Assembly (NCBI RefSeq): GCF_006345805.1
Contig: NC_042998.1
Span: 47,492,001 to 47,556,000, forward strand
Direction: 5' to 3'
Source of the DNA: Octopus sinensis
Taxonomy: Eukaryota
Length of the DNA stretch: 64,000 bases
The notes beneath the pieces were generated by a model that did no database searches, was not told the DNA's origin, and worked only from the letters and a program-made list of their open reading frames with translations. The translations under genes and the position numbers were made by a program. The stretch's first letter is position 1. Each line of letters opens with the position of its first letter. Below, one piece after another: positions 13,450-24,487 of the stretch.

Positions 13450-14620
13450 ACCTATCTATATATCTATCTGCCTATCTGTCTATCTATCTATCTATCTATT
13501 TGTTTATATATCTATCTATCTATCTATCCATCAATATATCTGTTTATCTATCTATCTATCCATCAATCAATTTATCTATCTATCTATTTACCTATCTATT
13601 TATCTATCTATCTATCTATTTAAGGGGAAAGGCCAGAAGAAAGAAAAGTACTCAATAATAAAAAAGGCTCGCCTGTACCTTCATATTTAAGCAGTTATTC
13701 CCGGATGTACTTTATTCTTGCTATTAGCGCCAATTTCTAACCGTCCTTTGTTTTCTTCATCGAGCATTACAACCAATGTTTCGTACCGAGAACAATTACC
13801 TTCCTATTCCTATTACAACAGGCTGTATTTTCCGACTTTTCAAATTCCAGGGCTTCCCCACCCTCCTAACCAATCAAATTCCGTCACTATATCTTTTTTC
13901 CGACCGAATCCTATTCCCTTTTTCTAATTATTAAAATATCCTCCTCATCCTCCTATGCATGGTTATAAAATTTATAATTCGATTTTATTATACATTCAGT
14001 ATTAAATATTTAGAATCTTCTCTGTGGTAAATACCCTCTTTAACCTTGTCTCGCTTATGCGGAGAAAGATAACATTATATTAACACTCTAATTTCTTACG
14101 TAACAAGCACAATGTGTATTTTTGTGTTTTTTTTTAGAGTGTATAAACATAGTCAAGTGGGAGCTTGTGTTCTTTCAAGGGTTTACTGACGTTAATCAAG
14201 CGTTTTCATTATTAAAACAAAACAAGGTCATCGACTAGGTTTGAAATGAAATTTTCACTCCTCTCTTAATGGGAGAATCATTAGAAAAAAAAAACCTTTG
14301 TTAAAGAATACACCAAACTAAAATAAGGCAGTGTATTAACAGTTTTAAGATGAATTTCCTGCTATCAATATATTCTTTTGTTTTGCGTAATATTTTTCGA
14401 AAACTTTCATGTGAATGAACTATTGTAAAGGGTATTAGAAACGATATAATTGCATCTTTGTAAGTAAAAAGTTCGCAATACCAATACACTATCAATAGCC
14501 TATTATGCCATTTCAAACCATAATTTTTCTAACCACCTGTGTAATTCAAGAGCAGTCAGCAATTAAACATAATTGAATATAATTTTCTTAGGACTGCTAA
14601 CCGTTCATTCATCTCTTTCC

Positions 14621-14664
<44 letters not shown>

Positions 14665-15247
14665 ATATATATATACATATATATACATATATTATAATAC
14701 ACACACATGTGCGTGCGGTGTGTCTGTGCATGTTTATGTCTTTGTATATGTCATACATCGATTATGAAAATCTCTTGGGGAAGCTTCCTGCTTGAAACGA
14801 TCAGCGTACTATTCAGTGACGTGGAGATGCAATAAGCGATTCAAGAGTTTCCATTCTAATGTGTAGTGGATGGATGAAAAAAAAAAAAGCAGCAATCGAA
14901 AAGAGTACTCATTGTCAACATGGACAACAATTACTCTCAGTTTATATATAACAAAAAGATTGTAATCAGTGAGTATCGTTCTGCTTCTTATTACAAAATA
15001 TTATTACAAAAATAATTGAATTCAAATATGCTTTGTTTATTCTTTCGTGAACAGGAATATACAAAATGAAAGTATATAAATTATGCATTGTATGTATGTA
15101 TGTATGTATGTATGTATGTATGTATGTATGTATGTATGTATGTATGTATGTATATATATGTATGCTTGTATGTATAGCTCGTTGGAGGTACACGCACATC
15201 ACCGCACATATGTATATTCATACATGCGTGTCATGTATACTAAATAC

Positions 15248-15285
<38 letters not shown>

Positions 15286-15461
15286 TCATACACACACGCT
15301 CACACAGACACACACACACAAATACATATATATACATATATATAGAGAGAGAGATAGAGAGAGAGAGGGAGGGATGGAGGGAGGGAGAGAGAGATGTTTA
15401 GATTCATGCATACATATTTGTATATATACATGCATATATGCGTACCAAACACATATATACA

Positions 15462-15508
<47 letters not shown>

Positions 15509-15752
15509 ATATATAATATCTGTGTGTGTGTGTATGCCTAAATATATACGCTTATACATATATTTGCATGTTACATGCACGGATACATACACACCACAAC
15601 ATACATATATATATATACATACATATATACTATGTATATTATATGTGTATATTTTATATGTATATATATATATATATACAGAAGTGTCTGTGCGTGTGTG
15701 TGTAGAGAGAGAGAGAAAGAGAGAGAGAGACTGCATGTTTATATATATAAAC

Positions 15753-15784
<32 letters not shown>

Positions 15785-16014
15785 TATATGTACGTATTTA
15801 GTATCCATGACCCGCAGCAGTGTATATATAATTGAACTGAGGGAATACATACTCTACACCCTGCATAGATTAGAATCATTTTATTTATATTTTCTTCCTA
15901 TATTCATGTACCTGTGTGTGTGAGTATACATCTATACGCACGCACACACACACATTATATATAAATATATAATAGATGTAGATAGATAGATGGATAGATA
16001 GATATCGTCATATC

Positions 16015-16180
16015 TCTTTAACTCTTTTACTTCTTTCAGTTATTTGATGGTGGCCATGCTGGAGCACCACCTTTAGTCGAGCAAATCTACCCCAGGACTT
16101 AATTTTTGTAAGCCTTATTCTATCAGTCTTTTTCAGGAACGTAAACACACCGCCATCGGTTGTGAAACAGACACACAAAC

Positions 16181-16211
<31 letters not shown>

Positions 16212-16426
16212 CATATATATATACATATATATGTTTATATGTATATATGTTTATATATTACATATTATGTATATATAGGTATATAGTATAATAATATATA
16301 TAATATATATATTATATAATATATATATATATATATATTATATTACATATACGTATATATATATATATTATATATATTATATATATATATATCTCTCACA
16401 TACATATATATATATCCTATATATAT

Positions 16427-16479
<53 letters not shown>

Positions 16480-16640
16480 TACTCTCACACACAACAACGG
16501 ACTTCTTTCAGTTTCCATCTACAAAATCCACTCACAAGGCTTTGGTCGGCCCGAGGATATAGCAGAAGACAGTAGCTCAAAGTGTCAGCAGTGGGACTGA
16601 ACTCGGAACAATGTGGTCGGGAAGCAAGATTTTAATACAC
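16015..16640 (-). mobile_element. Family C SINE (CORE-like central motif, internal TA/CA microsatellite expanded)
   Basis: Family motif GGCTTCTTTCAGTTTCCGTCTACCAAATCCACTCACAAGGC...GGTCGGCCCGAGGCTATAG...AGAAGACACTTG and tail TTTCAGTCATTTGACTG..CCATGCTGGAGCACC are recognisable, though diverged. Confidence 0.8.
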
Positions 16641-16783
16641 ACACACACACATATTGTATTGGAATGGGCTAAGGACTAAATAAATATATTAATGAATGTT
16701 AAATTAGAAGAGTGATACCCCTTCTCTCTCTTTCCCTCTACCTATCTGTCTATCTGTCTGACTATCTATTTATCTATCGATCG

Positions 16784-16871
<88 letters not shown>

Positions 16872-17254
16872 GCCTACCTATATTTCTATCTATCCATCTC
16901 CATTGTCATGAGACCTCACTAAAAAAAAAAAACAATGTTGTCTTCTAAACAAACCACGCAAAAAACATCTGCTTTATATAAATGAATAAGCTATTTATAC
17001 ATTCAAATAAATTGACAAGTTCGAGAAAGGGACGAAAGCGCAAATTATAAAGAACTTAAAATATTTTTTTGCTAAAATACTGACGACTTTTTTTCTCAGT
17101 ATTCAATTACAGTACATTACACCTAACAATCTATACATACATACATACATACATACATACATACAAACACACACACACACACATACATACACACTCACAC
17201 ACACACATACATATATATGTACATGAATATTTGTGTCTGTATATATATATTATA

Positions 17255-17338
<84 letters not shown>

Positions 17339-17341
<3 letters not shown>

Positions 17342-17515
17342 GTGTAACACATAAATGGGAAACAGGTGGAAAAAAAGAGTACTCAAATACCAGAGGTAGA
17401 GTAATATGCTTTATTTAAAGCAGCAGAAATTTAACAAAAGCTGTTACTCGGGTTTCACGTTCCCGTTGAAACTCCGAGTACAGCTTTTGTTAAATTTCTG
17501 CTGCTTTTTATAAAG
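17339..17515 (-). mobile_element. Short PLE-terminus-like insertion with a ~107-bp foldback (17409-17515), in (TA)n
   Basis: CTTTATTTAAAGCAGCAGAAATTTAACAAAAGCTGTTACTCGGGTTTCA / TGAAACTCCGAGTACAGCTTTTGTTAAATTTCTGCTGCTTTTTATAAAG are inverted; GAAAC-(T)CCGAGT-A resembles the hammerhead GAAA/stem III/GUA segment. Confidence 0.55.
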
Positions 17516-17698
17516 TATATATATATATGTATATGCCCGAACTTGTGCCGCGGAGGGTAAATTTCTAGGTGCAATTCCATGGTCATTCATGACCGAAGGG
17601 GGTCTCCTCCTCTCCTATATGTATATATATATCTAAAAGATGGAGGTGGAGATAGCACAGAAGTAAATCTAAGACATTTCAATTTATAAAAGAATTTA

Positions 17699-17765
<67 letters not shown>

Positions 17766-17894
17766 CGCGTGTGTGTGCGTGTGTGCGTGTGCGTGTGTAT
17801 GTATGTGTGTGTGTGTGTGTTTGTATATACATCGGCGTGTATATTCATTCTGTCACTCAGTCGGGTCCGACGCCGAATTTTCTAGTTGAACCGA

Positions 17895-18150
17895 TCATTA
17901 GAACAGCCAGCGACTGAAATGAACATGCAAGCGGTTGGGTACTCTACAGATACGCGTACCCTCAACGTAAGTCGCAGAAGCATTAAGCGTGATACAGAAT
18001 GTGCCAAGAGTGTTCCTTTGAAATAGAGGTACTGCTAGTTTTTCTCAGCTGGGTGGACTTAAGTAACGTTTCTTACTCAAGACGCGCCGCTGGTAATCCT
18101 ACTCACGCACTAAGATCGTAAGCCGACTATACTAAGCACTGAGCCACGCA
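17895..18150 (-). mobile_element. Degenerate tRNA-derived SINE sharing the family B central domain
   Basis: TTTTTCTCAGCTGGGTGGACT...CTTACTCAAGAC...CACTGAGCCACGC resembles family B copies. Confidence 0.6.
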
Positions 18151-18285
18151 CCTTTGGAATACTTTACAATATGTATGTATGTATTTATGCATGTATGTAT
18201 GTATGTATGTATGTATGTATGTATGTATGTATGTATGTATGTTGTAGGTAATGTATGTATGTATGTATGTATGTATGTATGTATG

Positions 18286-18350
<65 letters not shown>

Positions 18351-18536
18351 ATATATATATAATATACATATTATTTTTCTGAATCTTCAGATTTTAATAT
18401 GCTAGACCACTGGTTTTAAATTGATATTAATCAAACTAATATTCAATTTTCCGCCCTTATCATTTTAAATTTAAATTAATAAATATTTATATATATATGT
18501 ATATATGTATGTATATATGTATGTATATATATATAG

Positions 18537-18830
18537 GGGAATACTTCACAAAAAAAAAATACAAACGACGAAGACAGGTGGTGTAGACAACAAATAGATG
18601 TAATAGTTTAACGCTCAGGAAATGAAAAAGTCGTTAACGTTTCGAGCCTACGCTTTCTACAGAAAGGAACACAGAAAGAAACAAGAAGAGAAAATAAAGA
18701 ATGCGCAGTGGCTAGCGATCTATCATGGCGTATGCCAGACAGATGGGTCACACAGCAGAGCTAGGAAGAAGGGGAGATAATAAAGTAGTGGTGATCCCAA
18801 AACGAAGATTCGCGTGCGTGTGTATAACAA
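18537..18830 (-). mobile_element. PLE-like terminal remnant with a degenerate hammerhead-like motif (~18628-18668)
   Basis: Minus strand CTGTAGAA-AGC-GTAG-GCT-C-GAAAC-GT; flanked by (TA)/(TATG) microsatellites. Confidence 0.45.
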
Positions 18831-19078
18831 AGCATCTATGTGCGTGTGAAAGAGGGCTGATGATTTTGACGTGTGCGTGTGTGCATATGTAGATGTGTGG
18901 CTGATGGTGTGGGGCTGGGAAGTGGTCCATGCTAGTGTGTGCGTGGTGGTGTGATGTGATGTGGTGTTGTGTGGTATGGTGGTGTATGGTGTGCTGGTGT
19001 GTGATATGGTGGTGTGTAGTGTGGATATATATATAAACACACGCTCACACGCACACACATATATATATAAATATATAG

Positions 19079-19125
<47 letters not shown>

Positions 19126-19197
19126 CATACATCACATATTGTATACATATATATATATATTGAACGCGCGCACACATACATACATACATACATACAA

Positions 19198-19368
<171 letters not shown>

Positions 19369-19531
19369 ATAGTTATCGCCATACTAATATGGCATTCTTA
19401 TAAATAATAAAAAAGCTGTCCGCTTATTAGCTCCATGAGGCCATCGCCTAAGTTAGCTATTTGATACACAAACTGTATCCATATAACCTTCGAACAAGGG
19501 AGGTCAGTCGCTCCACACTACTTGACCGGCA

Positions 19532-19573
19532 GCTACAGACGCGTTTCGGGGTATTGCCCCTTTTCAATGCAGC
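19532..19573 (-). ncRNA. Minimal type I hammerhead ribozyme, U3-A8 variant (copy 1)
   Basis: Minus strand: GCUGCA (stem I) UUGAAAA (core 3-9) GGGG-CAAUA-CCCC (stem II) GAA ACGCGU (A15.1 plus palindromic stem III) C17 / UGUAGC (stem I', 6 bp with one G-U). Predicted GUC cleavage between + strand 19537 and 19538. Confidence 0.85.
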
Positions 19574-19893
19574 GTAGCCAGCCAGTAGTGTTCGCTTCCG
19601 ACAATCTCTGTTCGATGGTTTTATTTACCTAGTTTCGGTGGAATACATCCACTTGTTTTCAATAATAGAAATATTAAAATAACTAGTCTCTCTAAAAGAG
19701 AACAGCGGCAGCGTTCCGGGAAAAATATAGTTATCGCCATACTAATATGGCATTCTTATAAAAAATAAAGAAAAACCTGTCCGCTTATTAGCTCCATGAG
19801 GCCATCGCCTTAAGTTAGCTATTTGATACACAAACTGTATCCATATAACCTTCGAACAAGGAGGTCAGGTCGCTCCACACTACTTGACCGGCA

Positions 19894-19935
19894 GCTACAG
19901 ACGCGTTTCGGGGTATTGCCCCTTTTCAATGCAGC
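19894..19935 (-). ncRNA. Minimal type I hammerhead ribozyme, U3-A8 variant (copy 2)
   Basis: Identical 42-nt motif; predicted cleavage between 19899 and 19900. Confidence 0.85.
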
Positions 19936-20067
19936 GTAGCCAGCCAGTAGGTGTCGCTTCCGACAATCTCTGTTCGATGGTTTTATTTACCTAGTTTCGG
20001 TGGAATACATCCACTTGTTTTCAATAATAGAAATATTAAAATAACTAAGTCTCTCTAAAAGAACAGC

Positions 20068-20490
20068 TTCTACACACAAAAGAAAGAGGTTGGTGGAGAA
20101 GGGGGAATTTTTCTATGATGTTTGTGGTTGTTTTGAAGGGCTGTTTGTGTCGTGGTGGTGGTGGTGGTGGTGGCAGAGTTAGAGTGAATTAACGATGCGA
20201 GAGAGAGAGAGGAGAAAAAGAGAGAGAGAGAAAGAGGGAGGGAGAGAAAGACAGAGAGCAGTTATTGAGAAAAGCTTAAATATAGAGGCCCGTTACAAGA
20301 AAGAGGAAAGAATGTGCTGGAATCTAGTGAAAATTATCATTATTATTATTAGTAGTAGTAGTAGTAGGAGTAATAGTAGTAAAAATGGTTTATTGGTTTG
20401 TCTGGTAGCAGACATTATTGAGTAAGTGGACAGGGTGTCGGGAGGGGTGGGATTTAGTCCTCTTATTGATTTATTCATAGAAGTCTTTTG
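20068..20490 (-). mobile_element. Probable 3' tail of a Penelope-like ORF plus low-complexity 3' UTR
   Basis: Minus frame ...IYKQKTSMNKSIRGLNPTP... loosely fits the end of a GIY-YIG domain (E..I.K.K..LN); directly continuous with the ribozyme units. Weak protein-level evidence. Confidence 0.4.
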
Positions 20491-20526
20491 TTTATATATG
20501 CACATTATATATATATTATATATAAT

Positions 20527-22272
20527 CTCATCGTTCATCTGGCAGTCATGTCAGAAATATCTCTCTGAAACTTCTCAACCATTTTAGTGTATTTCTCTCG
20601 CTCCATCGTCAATTCCTGCTGAAGACGACGGCATTCTTTATCCCGTTTGCGAAGGGCTCCTGAATTAGAATTGGTTGGTTTCTTGCTTTTGTCAGCAAAT
20701 TCCTTTCTATTCATCACCTCAGCCAGTTTATTCACAGCCTGTATCTTCTTCAGTCTCTCATCCTGCAACAACTTCCTCAACTGCTCGAGTTCACTGATAT
20801 TATTCTCAGATTTCTCATTCTTCAAATCATCAGCCATTTTATTCATTCTATTTATTAATTCATCTTTCTCGTTTTGAAGTTGCTCGTTATTTTTCCATAT
20901 TCACGTTTAGAATCTTCCAGCACATTAATGCCCGATTCTTTACGAGAAAGTTCTGCTTTATGTCGTGTTTTCAGTTCCTTAATTTCCAGTTGTAGCATGG
21001 TCTTTTCTTTCTCAAGATCTGAGAGATTCTCTTCAGCCACTGTACGTGCTATTTGTTCAGATTCAATCTTTGATGTGGCCATTTTCAAGTTTTTATTCAA
21101 CCTTTCATTTTCTTGCTCCATTGTAGAAATGTCCACAGATAAGTCTTGGTGTTCCTTCTTATTATCTTTGATTTCTTCCTTTAATTCCTTCACTTGAGCT
21201 CGGTATAAAGATGAGAAATAAGATTCTGCTTCAAACTGGTCTTGTAATTCTCGCATCTGAAGTTCTGCTAACGATGATTCTTCCTTTAATTTTCTCAGTT
21301 CTTCTTCAGCCTTTTGCTTCTCGTCTCGCAGTTCTTTGAGATCCTTATCATACTGCTTTTCCCGTGCCTTGGCCTTGTTCAGTTCTTGCGTCTGGGTTTT
21401 CAAGTCACCTTGCATTAAGTTGCGTCTCTGTATTTCTTGCTCCACTTGAAGATTCAAATTCTTCACCTTTTCTGTTTCTGATTTCAAATCCCTCTGTATA
21501 ATCTCCACTGTCTGTCTCATCTGGGACAGATCTAAAGACAGTTCACTCTTCTCTTTCTCAAGCTGCAGCTTCTCACTTTCAGCTGTTTGCCGCACACTCC
21601 GCTCTTGCTCAATTCTCACCTGAAGTTCTTTCATTGACTCTAAATTGACTTCTGATTTTGAAGATATGCTCGCCTGACATGCACTGAACTGGGACATTGT
21701 TGCCTGATGGCTTTCAACTTCGTGTTCCCATTTCCTCAGAAACGTATCCTTTTCCAGTTCTGCATTGGCACAGTCCTTCTCCAGTTGGAACACCATTTGT
21801 TGAGCTTTCCGAAGTTCACTTGAGTTTTCTACTTCCTTGTTTTTCAGCATTTCATTTTCATTTTGAAAATTATTTAATTTTTCTAACAAAGTATTTGATT
21901 GCTCTGACCTTTTTGGTTCAATAAGTTTTTCTCTTCTGCCAAAAGAGCATGTAAATTTGCAATTTCTTTCTCAAGTGACATTTTCACTGATTGTGTTTCT
22001 AAGTATTTGTTATTCAGTTCTGTATAACTCTGGTCCACATGACTGTATCTCTGTTGTAATTCTGAACACATCTTCTTAAACCGATTCACTGACTCTGTGC
22101 TTGTTCGTATTTCTTCTTCAGCTTCTTGAAGTTTTTGTTGCAACTCTATTATCTTGTCACTAGTCTGAGTACTGTTGCCCTGTAAAGCAAGTCGGTCAGC
22201 TTGTTCTTGAAGAAATTGTTTTTCCAAATTCTCAAGGTCACTCTCTTTCTTCTTGCGGAGTTCCAATTCAAT
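20527..22272 (-). pseudogene. ROCK: Intronless fragment of Rho-associated coiled-coil kinase (central coiled coil, Shroom-binding and Rho-binding regions; no kinase or PH domain): processed/transduced copy with 3 single-base frameshifts
   Basis: MRELQDQFEAESYFSSLYRAQVKELKEEI vs vertebrate ROCK MRELQDQLEAEQYFSTLYKTQVKELKEEI; LKKIQAVNKLAEVMNRKEF vs LKTQAVNKLAEIMNRKDF (RBD); no splice sites at either end. Confidence 0.92.
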
Positions 22273-22530
22273 ATAAGAATGCCATATTAGTATGGCGATA
22301 ACTATTATTTTCCGGGAACGCTGCCGCTGTTCTCTTTTAGAGAGACTTAGTTATTTTAATATTTCTATTATTGAAACAAGTGGATGTATTCCACCGAAAC
22401 TAGGTAAATAAAACCATCGAACAGAGATTGTCGGAGAGCGACACCTACTGGCTGGCTACGCTGGCATTGAAAAGTTATGTGGAGCGACTGACCTCCCTTG
22501 TTCGAAGGTTATATGGATCAGTTTGTGTAT
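22272..22530 (+). mobile_element. Inverted copy of the ~360-bp unit with the hammerhead deleted; runs into the assembly gap
   Basis: TATAAGAATGCCATATTAGTATGGCGATAACTAT...; CATTGAAAAG joins directly to TTATGTGGAGCGAC at ~22474, so ~50 nt are missing. Confidence 0.9.
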
Positions 22531-22630
22531 NNNNNNNNNNNNNNNNNNNNNNNNNNNNNNNNNNNNNNNNNNNNNNNNNNNNNNNNNNNNNNNNNNNNNN
22601 NNNNNNNNNNNNNNNNNNNNNNNNNNNNNN
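22531..22630. other. Assembly gap (100 N, true size unknown)
   Basis: Run of N. Confidence 1.
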
Positions 22631-23243
22631 AGGAAGAAAATACAGAAAAAAAGATTTCAGAAATATTTGTATATGCGTGTATGTATGTCGCATGTATGTG
22701 TGAAATTACATATTCATGTGTGCGTTACACTTTTTAATACTTTCCTTATGTGATGTGTTACATGTGAAGAACATAATAAATGATTGCATACTTGTATTGT
22801 TTTTCCAAACATATCAAATGGCTTAAGCATGTTTAGAATTAAAATGTCACTGTGCACTCCTGTAGATAACTTCTATGTTCTATATACTACCACAAGCATC
22901 AAGCAACAGTTTCAGCCACTAGGGAGCTTCTATATGGTCGCTTGATATACTAGAAATAGCTGCCAGATCTCCCTTAAATTATACCACATCACTGTCTAAG
23001 AAAATGGCGGTTTGGATAGTCAGATCCTTGGCCCACGACTAGATCTTCACAGCTGCAATGCTTTTAATCATAAAATCCCGTACGACTGAGGTTGATTTGG
23101 GACTAAGTAACAGCCACCACTACGGCTGTCATAACCTCTATCTAGCACTACGAGAACCATCAGTATTCAAAAAATTAGCACATTCATAATCGTCTTCTTC
23201 ATCTTCACCACTAGTAGCTGCAGCAGCCGGGTAATAAGCTTCG

Positions 23244-23302
<59 letters not shown>

Positions 23303-24349
23303 TATATATAGTATGTATATATATAATAAATATATTCTGCCAAATTGCTACCTTCACTATTAATGGCTGCAGGTTGAAAAAAATGAGTAAAGCGCCAAAC
23401 AAAATACCTTTACATATTATGTATTGGGGCTGAAGTCGACTTTATCTTTCTCTCTACAAAAGAGAGCCGGTCAAATAAAATACCAGTAATATATTTGTAC
23501 CATCAAGTCGATTGATTTGGTGGTTCTTGCTGATTACTCGCCCATAAAACAATTATTACATTATGAACTTATAAACATATATTGAGCCATTATTTACTGA
23601 TAGAGCCTACTTTTAATTAATGTACGTAGAATTGCTGTCGTTTACACATAGCCACCGTCACCTTCTTTATACAATAAGAAGCCAACACAGTGATCTCTAT
23701 GGGGGTTGCGTCCCATGTTAGAAATAGTAGCTAAATTCTTTTCGCACCATATGTTAAAAAAAATCCTAAGAAAAAAGACTGATGCATTTGTTAATGTACT
23801 TGTAAGTGCACTATGTCTGAAAATAAGATAAAATTGTCATGATAGATGCATCTTCATATACATGAACTGGTCAGAGCTGAGCTTGCAGTGAAACATATTA
23901 CGTGAATGCATCTGATGCTAAAATTGTCCATTTATTTTCTTTAAAAAGCCAAGTGAATTGCTTATCAAAAACAATGGGAGTCGCAACGAAGTCCGAAGAT
24001 AGTGTACAAATGTTGCAGCTCTTGTGTTGCATATAAATATATGTAACTGTATATAATATAACTGTACATGAATCATGTGAGATTTTGATAATGTACCGTG
24101 GTGACAGGTGGGCAGGTGGGGGTCACTTCCGTAGGCACTCGCGAAAATCAGTGCAGCAAACTCTGTATCATAACGTGTGCGTTATAATACGGGGTTATAA
24201 TACAGATGAAATAAGTACTAGGCTTACAAAGAATAAGTCCTAAGGTCGATTTCTACGACTAAGATCCTTTAAGATGGTGCTCCAGCATGACCGCAGTCAA
24301 ATAACTGAAACGTATAAAGGAATATATATACATATATATATATATATAT

Positions 24350-24399
<50 letters not shown>

Positions 24400-24453
24400 A
24401 TGTAAGAGTATATATATCGAGAAAGTCTTCTTTCTCGATACATGTGTGTGTGC

Positions 24454-24487
<34 letters not shown>

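Larger units (their letters stand above)
19369..20067 (-). mobile_element. Two tandem ~360-bp units (19369-19726, 19727-20067): PLE pseudo-LTR or retrozyme monomers
   Basis: Near-identical direct repeats starting ATAGTTATCGCCATACTAATATGGCATTCTTATA; the outer unit abuts (TA)n; each contains a hammerhead. Confidence 0.85.

Noticed and set aside
13690-13900. Two CCAAT boxes as a SoxE promoter
   Set aside because: No downstream exon 1; such motifs occur by chance in AT-rich DNA.
20647-21924. + strand ORFs 20647-20877, 20874-21197 and 21697-21924
   Set aside because: Antisense shadows of the ROCK frame.
20527-22272. ROCK segment as a genuine large exon of a nested gene
   Set aside because: No AG or GT at its boundaries; both ends join directly to element or microsatellite sequence; no other ROCK exons in the window.
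19369-22530. DNA transposon (Pack-type) with terminal inverted repeats
   Set aside because: The 'TIR' is tandemly repeated on one side, is circularly permuted at the inverted junction, contains a ribozyme, and the cargo is intronless. All of this fits an RNA-mediated PLE route better.
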